Origin: Conidiobolus incongruus B7586 | Taxonomy: Eukaryota | Assembly: GCA_000697335.1 (NCBI GenBank) | Contig: JNEM01008792.1 | Location: 1 to 42,788, forward strand | DNA: 42,788 nt | Direction: 5' to 3' | Shown here: one piece after another, positions 1 through 11,311 of the stretch | Layout: each line of letters opens with the position of its first letter | Position numbering within the stretch: the stretch's first letter is position 1 | Notes under the pieces: model-generated | Database searches by the model: none | The model's input: the letters and a program-made list of their open reading frames with translations, nothing else | What the model was told of the DNA's origin: nothing | Position numbers and translations under genes: made by a program

Positions 1-582
1 TTTTTGATTTTATAACTTATTTTTATAGGTTAGCATATAAATTAAAATATTTGGTTAAAATAAATTAGATTGTTTATAAATTTTTTAAATGGATATTTTA
101 TTAATAAAATAAATGATAATAATTTATTTAATTTTAATAATTTTTAATTGAAAATTAATTTATAATAAATTTTAAAATATTTTTTAATCAAATTTAATTA
201 ATATTATTAATATAATATAAAAAACCAATTATTTGATATTATAATTATAGAATATATAAAGTTATAGAAAATTTTTAATTAAAAATAATTGGGAAAAAAC
301 TAATATATACTTTAGATTATAACTTATATAATTATAATTATTTCAGGTAATTAAAAAACCAACTTATAAAATAGAAAATTTCTACAAAAAAATTTAATTA
401 GTTTGTGGAACATCAAATTTCAAATTTTAATAAAAAAAACTATTTTTTAGATATTAAAAGTTTGCCAAGAAAATGGTAAAAAGTTATTATTAATAGAGTA
501 TTAATTTTATTTATATATTTATTCTTTTATGTTATATATTAAACTGTTTATTTTTTCAATAACAAAAAATTTCCATTATTTA
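1..582 (+). mobile_element. Fossil mariner (Tc1/mariner) element, 3' part, heavily eroded by C>T/G>A changes; runs off the window start
   Basis: 306-365 reads YTLDYNLYNYNYFR*LKNQL, which becomes YTPDYNPCDYNYFRQLKNQL (mariner YSPDLAPxDY motif) after reverting only C>T/G>A. 450-488 reads DIKSLPRKW*KVI (mariner C-terminal GIxxLPxRWxKVI). It ends in tttccattattta (570-582), nearly identical to the end at 6631-6643 and similar to the right end of the 11312-12557 element. Confidence 0.7.
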
Positions 583-1128
583 AATTATAGAGTATTAGCA
601 TCATGACTAGGAATTGCTTTGATAAAATTTTAGAATAATTGATATAATAATGAATAATAAATACATATATCCATAGATTTTAATGTGACTGTATGACCAA
701 AATAATAAAAATATCTTGAATTAGTTTTTCATGACATTTGATAAATATATCAAATTATTATGAAATATAGAGTTATGATTGGTGATTACCTAGAAAAATA
801 CTATCCAATGCAAATCAGAATACGATTGTATGATTAGTAAAAATATATCAAAACACTAAAGGAAAATAATTTTACTATTGAATCTAATACATGTTAATTA
901 TTGATATATTTTATGAAATACTTGAATATATATTATTATTTATAATGTCAAGCTAATAGTAAAAAGTATTTTACTGAAAATTGATCATAGCTCAACATGC
1001 TCTTGAATCTGAATATTTTAATGATATATGTAAGTGAAGATGTATATCTATATATTAAATGATAGACTAAAATCTTAATATATTTTGAATATCAATTAAA
1101 TGTTTGTTTAAGCAGCCCATAATATCAA

Positions 1129-1197
1129 TTATTTTCTATTTAGATGAACAGAGAGAGATTCGAACTCTCGCCTCCGAAGAGTCCTTATTTTCTATTT
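1129..1197. repeat. 13-bp direct repeat ttattttctattt (1129-1141 and 1185-1197), candidate target-site duplication
   Basis: Exact 13/13 match abutting both ends of the 43-bp insert 1142-1184, which is much richer in G/C than its surroundings. Confidence 0.7.
1145..1184 (-). pseudogene. tRNA-Leu-like 3' fragment (variable arm, T arm, 3' acceptor strand, discriminator A); 5' half absent
   Basis: Minus strand reads GGA CTCTTCGGAG GC GAGAG TTCGAAT CTCTC TCTGTTC A: long variable arm with TTCG loop, perfect 5-bp T stem, canonical T loop/B box and A73. No D arm or anticodon arm is visible on either side. Flanked by exact 13-bp direct repeats. Confidence 0.75.
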
Positions 1198-1365
1198 TTT
1201 CAATTAATTTGTTATGTAATTAAATAGCATAATAATGAATATTATGGGTCATATGATGAAATTGGCAATTCAAATTAAAATCAATTTAATATTCTACTTT
1301 AAAACCATATTAATTAATACACTATACATAATATAATCTTCTCATATTAAAGTCAGAATCATATC

Positions 1366-3946
1366 ATGACTGAAAAAACTAGTTGGTTATTTTCGAATCC
1401 AAATAAGGTGTCTGAGCTCTTTTTAAATGAGATTATTTGGCAGTTCTTGCTTAGTTTTGCAATTATTGGAGGATGCTTAGTTGCTTTTTCAATACTGAGA
1501 CCGAAAAATGGAGGTAAGAGCACAGCATTTAAATTTTAATCAGCTTAATAACAAGGTTTTTAGCAATTTATGCTAGAAGAAGGAAATTGGCTGATGACAG
1601 GTATGCTACATTTCAAGTTTCTTTTCCTTTATTTAATTTGCATTTAGGAAGAAATTTCCAAAACTCCCAAACGGGATATTGTCATGGATTATGCCTGTAT
1701 ATAAAGCCAGAGATGATGAGCTCCTGTCCAAGCTTGGAGTAGATGCCTTTATATTCTTAAAATTCATTCGTCTTGAACGCATTTATGTAGTGTTTTTAAT
1801 TCTACTTGCTTGTTTTTTAATTCCTATCAATTATTTTGGCGGTGAAAATCCACAATTCCCTACACGACTTCAAGACTTTAATTTAAGCATTTTCGCTTTA
1901 TCGAATATTTCTAATAAGAAGCCCGATTATTTATGGGCTCACATAATTGCAGGTTGGGCTTCTTCATTGTTTTTATGCTATCTTTTAACAAAGGTCAATT
2001 CACAATTTGTGTTTATTCGGCAAAGGTACTTTGCTTCATCCGAGTATCAATCTCAACTCCACTCGCGTACCTTACTCCTAACTCACCTGCCTCCCCACAT
2101 GCAGAATGATGCAAATTTATCCGAATTTATTGATTCTTTAAATCTTGGATACCAATTTGTGCAAGCTTCCGTCAGTCGAAAAGTGGCGCAGCTCCCCAAG
2201 TTGATATCCAAGCATAATTCGTATGTTAGAGCGCTCGAGACTGTTCTTATTCGCAATGTAAAAAATGCTAACTCGCTCCATAACCGCCGACCAACTCATC
2301 GCTTGAGTAAGCTGGGTTTTCTTGGCAAAGGTCAACAGGTAGATTCTATTGACTATTATTCCCAGCAAATCCATCTTCTCAGAGAGCAGATCAATGCCAT
2401 CCGCTCACATGTCCAAGACCTTCCACCCACATCTGTTGGCTTTATTTCTTATCCAGATACCTTCTCGGCGCATTTTACATTTCAGCAGCTTGCTCCTGGT
2501 ATTGGCTCGAAGCTGGACTTCAAAGGCCCTCGCCCTGATTTCGAACTCGCTCCTCATCCAAAGGACATCATCTGGGATAATATTAAACTGGATCGAAAGG
2601 AGAAATGGATCCGATGGGCTGTGTTTCTTTCTATATATATCTTGATCCTAATTCTCTCTACACCCTTACTCTATTTAATCAACGGCTTGTCCAATCTGTT
2701 TGGAGGTATCTTCACCGCTTGCATGACATTGCTTTATATGTTTGCATCCCAGTTTATCCTGCGTCAACTTTGTCAGCTCGAGAGTGCACCCACCAAGACA
2801 TCTGTCAACGCCAAGCTGATTTCGCGCTATTATTTCCTCGTCGTCATCAATACCATCGTTGCTGGAACCTTGTTCCAATTCATCTACATATTCATCGAGT
2901 CGTTGACCCAAGACAGCAATTCTGTTTCAAGCTTCTTGTCCCAAATTCCTGAGAAACTTAAAGCTTCAGGACCTGGATTTACTGGTACCGTCATGAAATC
3001 ATCCTCTCTATGGATCAATCAAATGTCCATTAAAAATATCGGTTATATGCTTGAACTCCTTCAGATGGTTTCTTTGATTTCGATTTTTGGACGCAAATAT
3101 CTTGGGCGACCTACCCCAAGACAATTGGCCGAATTTACTAAGCCTCCTATCTTCGATTATCCCATCATTTATGCTAATCAGGCCTACTACTTCACTCTTG
3201 TGCTTATTTATGGTACCACTGCTCCTTTGATTCTGCTCACCTCTTTAATCAACTTTATCCTTGCTGAGTTAGTGTACAAGCATCAGCTTATGTACGTATA
3301 TAGCAGTCGCTTTGAAACCGGTGGTGTATTATGGAAAACTATGTTTAATCGAATATGCGTCACTTTGATTCTCACTCAACTCTTTTTGCTCTTTAATTTC
3401 ATTTTAAAGCAGGCTCAGAATGCTCAGATATATTCTTATTTACCTTTGCCTCTGTTTACAGTGGTATGGTTTTTTGCCCAGGCTACTTGGATCAACTCTA
3501 AAATGGATTATATTGATATTGAAACATGGTCTGGCAATATTCTTGACACCAATATCAATTATTCCGAATCCAAGATCGACTTCAATACCAAATTCCTTCA
3601 TCCCGCTTTCAGTCGTGATCTGTTAACACTTCAGGTACCTCAATATATCAAAGATATCCTTCCTGAGCTATTCCAAGAAAAGGCTGATGAGCCTGAATTT
3701 GATCAAGCTCAGTTGGACTCAGAATCAGTCATCATTAAAGATACGTCATCAAGTGTATCCTCTTCCCATAGGAACTCTCCTCAAGAATTTATGCCGCCTG
3801 GCCCCGTATATAGATCAACACATAGAAATCAAGACAGCGATTCTTTGATTGAATTATTAGATTATCGTTCTCCTGCTCCTCCAGGTAGATCGGAACTTTT
3901 ACGCAGTGGCTCAAGTCATGATCTTCCACATCAGCACCATTTTTAA
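1366..3946 (+). CDS. OSCA/TMEM63 (CSC1/RSN1, DUF221) calcium-permeable stress-gated channel, ~827 aa, 3 exons
   Basis: Exons 1366-1513, 1564-1600, 1648-3946 with GT-AG introns of 50 and 47 nt keep the frame. Family motifs: FSILRPKNxAIYA, G-D-A-FxFLKF, LWAH, SRTLLLT, APHPxDIIWDN, FDYPxxY, YKHQLMYVY-ETGGxLW; multiple TM segments. Confidence 0.93.
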
Positions 3947-5786
3947 TTATGTTCAGTATCAATATTTTTGAATCTATTTATAGTATAATACATTTCCATA
4001 CATATTCAAATTAAAATTTTTAATATTATTATTAAATAGTTTTATTGGTAAGTGATTATTAATATATAATTTAAAAATATTTAAGGATACATTTTATACA
4101 TCAATATTATATTAGACAGCATTTTGACTATTAAATAAATTTGATATCTATTAATACATCACTTACACCATATACACTCGTATTTAAATATAGCTTGAGC
4201 TTCAGATTATCATAATTAATTCAAAATATGTGATATAAAAAGGAAAAATATAACCACAGAATTAAATTTATATTTATAGCATTTGAAATAACTCAGTATA
4301 AATATAATTTATGTTTATGAATACAAACTTTTATAACAATCATGTTGAATATTCTAATATTTTGAGGATATATTTAAATATGATATTAAAAGTAAATAAA
4401 CCCCACGTTAGGCTAACCTTGTTAATTACTAACTTTATTTACTGTATTCAAATCACAAATCTAGATTATTACAAAATCATCAAGTTTAGAAAACGTTCTC
4501 TTATTTCTATATTTTAAGATATTAATACAAGAAATTTAATAATTACTTGGATGGAAAAAAAATACTATCAGTTAAAGAAAAAACAGTAAATTTTTTAATT
4601 TCAGATTTTTCAAAATTATTATTAGTTTTAAAATATAAGTTATATATAAAATATATAAGAAAATTAATATCTTCAAGTTATATATATTTATTTATGTAAA
4701 AAAATTTTTTAAAATATTTTGATTTAATAATTTATTGTTAAATATAACTACACAAAAATTAGATAATAATTATCAAAGTCTTTTATTTTATTTGTACAAC
4801 AGCCATATATCTTTTAATAATATTTAATATTCACAAACAGCTTATAAAAATAATATTTTATTTAAATCAACTATTTATTATTATATTTATCACTTTAAAA
4901 AATAATAAATTTATTAAAATTTAAAAGATTAATTTTAATTATTATTATATTAATATTAAAACAGAGAATATATTTAAAACTATTTTTTACCTTAGTTATA
5001 AAATTATTAAAATAATCTAATATGAATTTTATATGATATATTAAAATTTAAACATGTTTTAATTAATAAAAATATAAAATAAATTCTTTACAATTAACAA
5101 AAGTTAAAGAAATTAAAATACTAATAATTAAATAAAATATTAAAATATAATCAAAAATAAAGACTTATATAATAAAATATTTTAATTATTTAAATTTAGA
5201 CTTTTTTATATATTTTTTTATAAAACAAAATATTATGTTAATATAACTTTTTCTATAAATTTTAAAAAACTAATATTTTATCTATAAATAAATATTAATT
5301 ATTATTATAAATTAAATTAATAAATGTTATATATTGAACTAAAATAAATTAAATAATAATTTTAATATTTATTAAATAAAAACATTATTATTTGATATTT
5401 TGAATATAAATTAAAGATATTGTTATATTTCAGAATTAATCAACTACTCTAGTTTAATAGTTAAACCAATATTATTTCTATTTTTAGTTGACTTTGTCAG
5501 TCTATAATTAAAGGATATTTTTTGTTCTCTTTGTTTTTTTATTAGATTATAACCAAATCACATATCATTTATTTAATCAACTATTTAAACCCAAAAGTAA
5601 TAAAAATATAAGATAGCTTTTTTTGATATTCTGTTATAATATTTTAATAATAAGTTTTAAAATATATAATCCCAATATATTAAAGAGCAAGATTAACAAA
5701 TAATTTATTAAATTATATTTTGAGAACTTTTCTAACAATCTTTATTTACAAAACTTATTATAAAACATAACAATATTTATCATTAC

Positions 5787-5790
<4 letters not shown>

Positions 5791-5817
<27 letters not shown>
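5791..5817. repeat. (AAT)9 microsatellite
   Basis: Perfect aat tandem run. Confidence 0.9.
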
Positions 5818-6124
5818 TTTTTATATAAAAAGTTAAAAAAATTATTATAATCAATATATTTATTAGATTATAATTATTAAAAATATTGGTAATATTATTA
5901 ACCAATTATATTAAATATTATCACATTAAATAATTTTAACTTATTTTATATTTATTGAATTATATTTATTTAAAAAAATCTAATACTGGATAAACCTTGT
6001 CTTATTTTAAAATACAAAGTTACCTTTGTTTAATTATATATAAAATAAAACATCAACTTAAATTTTACCTTCTTTGTTTTACATTTGAATACTAGTCTTA
6101 GAAAAATCCAACAATAAGTAATTA

Positions 6125-6359
6125 CTGTAATTATTAGAGGAAATAAATTTTAAGTTTAAATAAAAAATTATTAATGATAAATAATAAGTTATTACAAAAT
6201 TAAGGGAACTTAATAGGGTTAACCAAATTAAGTCAAAATAACTTATTATCAATCAGGTTCTTTGAATAAAGTCAATATTTTACACTTATCATAACGATAC
6301 TCTTGTGAGAGTTATAAAAAAACTTAGAGACTAGATACTTTTGAAATAAATGTAAAAAG
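6125..6359 (+). repeat. Dispersed repeat, copy A (GC-depleted homolog of 22781-22980)
   Basis: Co-linear by eye with 22781-22980, e.g. ctgtaattattagaggaaataaatttt vs ctgtaactgctagaggagataggtttt and atacttttgaaataaatgtaaaaag vs atacttttgaaatgaatgtaaaaag. Confidence 0.88.
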
Positions 6360-6939
6360 ATATATTTATTATTTTATTTATAATGATTATATTAGTTTCC
6401 AATGTTGATTTTTGTGGATATAAATGACTTACAAGTAAAAAAAAATAAGTTCAACCAGTTTATAAAATATAAAAATTTAGTTTTGAATAAAAAGAACTAT
6501 TAAAGTATTAGAAGTTTTGCAAAAATATAGAAAAAAATTATTAATAATAAAAGAGAGTATAAATTTTTTTATTTTTTATTTTTGTATATAATTTATATTA
6601 AATATTATATTAAATTTTAATTTAGAAATTTTTCTATTATTTAATTTCTGTAGTAATATTAATATACTTAAAATTTATTTATGGTAAAATAAAATAACTA
6701 AACATATTTCAATTAAATAATCATTTGTTTTAATGAAAATAAATGATGAAAATATTTATCCTGGTAATAATTATATTATTTATTGATATCACATTTAATT
6801 TGTAATGAAATTTTAATTATTGACAATAATTACCATATCAGTTCTTGATTATATAAAAATAAATATTAAATAATAAATATGATGAAGCCATTGGTTAAAA
6901 TAATAAAACAAAATTTAATATCAATTAGCAAAAATTAAT

Positions 6940-8344
6940 TTACTGAAGCAGTGGATGTGGACGGCTTTTCCATAAAGACCTAATCTCGACAGCTTCTTTT
7001 ATTAACTAAACAAGAAAATGATTAGTTCAAAAACATATATTAATAATTGAAAGTATTACCCTGTCAGAATCGATGTTATCATCAATTGACCTGAGGATTT
7101 TTTCTAAAACGGATATATGGTTGGCATGCGGTTTATCTTCTCTAAATCGCAAGAATTTCCACTTATGAGGAGGACAGTGATCAGGGTCGTATACAACTTC
7201 TATTATGCGATTTTCTAAATCTGAAATCCTTTTAAAATGTATCCATTCCTCATCGGTGACACCCATTTCGGAATTTAACTGATAATTGTTACCGCCAGTC
7301 CATATAGAGAGCAAAAACTTTGGTTTGAGAGAAGGTCCTTGAGACTCGAGATTGAGACGGAAATCAACAGAATTTTCACAGGGAGGCTTCCATTTCAACA
7401 TGGTTTCACAGGTACCAAGGACGTAAGGTGCTTCAACAGAAGTAAAAATTAAACCATCGGATTTATGACCAAGTTGTTTTGTTTCATAGTTTAAAATATA
7501 GTCAATAGCATAAGAAACTTGCATAGACTTGCATTCAACGCCAAATTGGTGCCTTTGTTTCAATCCAGGGTTTTTCTTTAGCATACGATCTAAAGGTTCA
7601 ATCACATTTTGTTTCAAGTATCCTAGACGCTTACTAAAAGGCCTTTCAATCAATGGTTTGCCCTCAACCATTAAAGCATCGAAACATAAATAATTTAATT
7701 GAGATGTCCCATCCTCGAAAGTATCCACGACCAACTCGCCATCAATAATAGTATTATTATGAAAGCCACCTTTGGGATTTAAGGATGGAAAATAAAAATC
7801 TTGAAGGAGTCTATATTGATTTTTTCTATCAATCTATACATATACATAATAGCCCATTCAGTTTGATATTTTAAGTATTTCTTTATATAAAATTACTAAA
7901 AAAGTTTCTGGATAGCCTTTGTCTGAGTATCTCATAAATATTAAACATCTTATTCCGTCAGATTTTTCACAGACAAAATAACTAAGAAAGTTTACAAAGT
8001 TCAATTATTTAATTTAATAAATAAATTAAGAAGATATATTTGATGCAGTACTTACTCTGTTTCTTTTAAAATTTGAATATGCTCACTTGCAAAACTGACA
8101 GGTTGTGCACCTGATAACTTTAATTAAAATCAGATTATAAGTATAGATTTGTAATAATACCTAAAAAGCGACTGTAATCAGAAGTAAATTAGTACATTAG
8201 ATATAGGTATATATTTGGTACTTACTGGCTATTTGGACTCTGTAATAATTCTGCAACAACACCTTGTAAATATCTTTGATAGTTTCTTTCAACAATTAAG
8301 CCAGGTAAAGTGGGAATAGTGTTATTGTGTGTTCCGTTATTCAT
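6940..8344 (-). CDS. CEG1: mRNA capping enzyme guanylyltransferase subunit, ~369 aa, 6 exons
   Basis: Exons 8344-8226, 8171-8161 (11 nt), 8110-8056, 7981-7897, 7833-7060, 7005-6940, all GT-AG and in frame. Motifs FLGAQPVSF, YFVCEKSDGIR (motif I catalytic Lys), IIDGELV, YLCFDAL, SDGLIF, LKWKP, RFREDK. No fused triphosphatase domain (fungal architecture). Confidence 0.95.
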
Positions 8345-9810
8345 TCTGTAAATTGAATTAATTATCTTTTATATAATATAGTATGAGTAATTATGATAAT
8401 TATTAGAAATGCTAATATCATTGAAAAAAAAAGATATATCTTAAATGTATTTTATTTGACATTTTTAAAACAATTTTATATGGGAATACTAATTATCAAT
8501 ACTACCAATTATGTACCTTCATGAATACTTTTAATCTATTAATGATAGTAAAGATTTGATTTTCAATATATGTGTATTATATTGATTATTATTGAACTAC
8601 CCCAAAATATACAATATATTCATATTGACTATTAGATTAAAAATTATTGAAATTTGATAATTCTTATACATTGATTTATTCTAAATTAGAATATTAAATA
8701 TACACGATAAAATTTTTTTATTTCAATTCTAAGTTATTTAATCAGATTTATTATTTTAAATAGGAATATTATATACAATGTTAAATTATGATATTTATTC
8801 AAATTAGATATTATATATGTTATTACTGATGTTAAATATCATATTCAAAAATTATCATCCTTATATTAATAATCTTGATATTTTCATTCAAGATATATTT
8901 ATTACAAATAGAATTATGTAAAAATATTAACATTCCATAACAAGATATAGTCAGTATATTATTTTTACAGATTATTTTATTATATTTAACAATAAAAATA
9001 ATAATATTTATCATGTTAAGAATTGACTATCATAAATTATATGATTTGATATAGCTTGGTATAAAATATAAAAATTATTCAATAATATTGCTAGCACATT
9101 TATCCATATCTATTCACTATCATCAAATATTCTTATATATAAATTTATAATGATTTGGTTTAACTTCTGTATAGGGATATTATTTAAATGAATATTTATT
9201 AACAAAATCGATGATTGAATTTTGTATTGAGATAAAATTTGAAAATATTGAATAGATTTTAATGAATCTATTATTAAACCTTCATTATCATAGAAATATA
9301 AATATACAAAGCTACAAGATCAAGTAAAATCTAAATATTTCAGTTTTTAGATTATGTTATATGTAAGTTATTTGACAAATCTATATGATTAAAATTATTA
9401 ATTGAATATGCATAAACCACGCTTTCGTCTCTATATTCCACTCAACAATAAAAAAAAATTAACAAGTCAAACACTTTTGATTTTTTAACATAATTAATAT
9501 ATAGATAACTAATGTTTGATTTATATATATTATGAAATATATTCATCAGGCAGTTTAAACCTAATGTCACATTGAACCGAGTGTAACAAAAGAACTTTCA
9601 AAATTGATGAGATTCAGAGAATGGATCACGTTGAGATGTGAATTAATCTATTAATAAATCCAATTTCGATATCGCCAAATTGAGACTCTGTACCCAATAG
9701 TACAATTCAATTGAATAATTCAGTATATAACTGGAAATTAGAATGAAAAATGAATAACCTTTACCCATTAATTATTCTTACACTTAATCCTTGAATACTT
9801 ATTAAATAAC

Positions 9811-10793
9811 ATGTCTTCCCCTCTTATGCGAGTAGGTACTGGACGAGTTGGTTGCTTGACTCCAGAACAGCAGACTATTTTAGACCAGTTCAAAGCCAAG
9901 TTGCGTGAAACTGGTTACTGGAATGAAGAGCGTCACGATGACTATATGTTACTTCGATTTTTGAGGGCTCGTAAATTCGATTTAGAAAATGCTTACACTA
10001 TGATCAAGAATTATGAAGACTGGCGCAAAGAAACAGATGTTGATAACTTGGTTCGTACTTTTCAAATTCCTCATGCTAATGAAGTTGCCAAGCTCTATCC
10101 CCGCTTCTACCACAATGTTGATAAGCAATATCGTCCCATTTATATTGAACAGTTAGGAAAGGTAAATCTCCCTGCTTTGTGTGATCTCTTGAGTAAAGAA
10201 GGTGCCAGTAATCAAGAAAAATATGACCAGACCTTGGAAATTATGCTTAAACATTTTGTCGTTGGATATGAAAACTTACTTAACGGCCGATTCCCAGCTT
10301 GTTCTAAAGAAGCTGGTCGTCATATTGATCAATGTTTTACTATTCTTGATATTAAGGATGTAGGATTGTCTCAAATTTCTACGGTGTTACCTTTTATAAA
10401 AGCAACCTCTAAGATTGCTCAAGATTACTATCCAGAAATGATGGGAAAGGTATGTATATTTCTGTTCTTTATCAGCAATATTTATTCAACTATGATCTAA
10501 CGTTAAATTAGATGTACATTATAAACGCACCTTTCTTGTTCCGTGGTACTTGGAGTTTGGTCAAAGGCTTTTTGGATCCTGTTACTCAATCTAAGATTTC
10601 TATCTTGGGTAGCTCTTATTCCAAAGAACTTTTAGCTGAAATCGATGCCTCTCATTTACCCAAGATGTATGGAGGAACTTGTGAATGTCCTTCAGGATGT
10701 GATATGTCAGATGTTGGACCTTGGCCCAGACAATCTGTAAATACACCCAACTTTGCAGAAGCTACTATTCAAGATAACCAAGAGTCCAGTTAA
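9811..10793 (+). CDS. SEC14: Sec14-like phosphatidylinositol/phosphatidylcholine transfer protein (CRAL-TRIO), ~306 aa, 2 exons
   Basis: Exons 9811-10449 and 10512-10793 with a 62-nt GT-AG intron. Motifs [11 protein letters not shown], [22 protein letters not shown], QDYYPExMGK-MYIINAP, LDPVTxSKI, LPxxYGG, SDVGPW. Confidence 0.95.
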
Positions 10794-11311
10794 TATAATT
10801 ATAATAATCTTTTCATAACCTAATATAAAGATTTTCAAATTCAATAACTTTAATTGGTTATGAAAGATCTAAATTGAATACAAAATTATAGCATATTATT
10901 ATAAATTAAAACTAATATATACTATTATTACCTATAACATAATTCTAATGTCATTCGATATTAGTACACTATTCATTCTTCTATCCAATTAGTTCAATAT
11001 ATTTTAGATTATAATGATTTTATTATCTTGAATGTTCTGTTGATATCATTCTCTTTTTGATTAATTTATAACTATGTTAATATATAAAATATGGAATTTA
11101 ATTTATCATTTGAAAATATCTTGTATGATATTTAAAAAGTATATATTTAAAAGCTGAGATTAAAGTTATATTGATTTTTTTATTTGTTTAATAATCATTA
11201 TAATTTTTATATTTTAAAATATAGAATTATATTATTACTCCAAACTTTGTTGTAATTTTTATTTAATTGTCATTTTGATATTATGTATTTGAATTTTTAA
11301 TCTAATATCAT

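Larger units (their letters stand above)
4544..6643 (+). mobile_element. Extremely AT-rich fossil mariner element, apparently interrupted by nested repeat DNA
   Basis: 5077-5094 AAA TAA ATT CTT TAC AAT (K*ILYN) reverts to KWIPHN (WVPHEL motif) by G>A/C>T reversal and is preceded by *ILYDILKFKHV (RILHDxL). 6504-6560 reads SIRSFAKI*KKIINNKREY (GIRxLPxxWxKVIxNxGEY). Candidate left end tacttggatggaaaaa (4544) lies about the same distance from the WIPH motif as in the 11312 element; right end tttctattattta (6631-6643). That the two halves belong to one element is inference. Confidence 0.6.

Noticed and set aside
1081..1300. Intact, intron-split or permuted tRNA gene around the 3' fragment
   Set aside because: No D arm/A box or complementary 5' acceptor strand found on either side.
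2138..3626. Short alternative-frame and antisense ORFs inside the OSCA gene
   Set aside because: Shadows of a G/C-richer coding exon; no motifs or independent signals.
4311..4517. Small intergenic ORFs (also 8832-9014, 24110-24310, 29285-29473)
   Set aside because: Ile/Asn/Lys/Tyr-rich translations expected from random AT-rich DNA; no motif or splice support.
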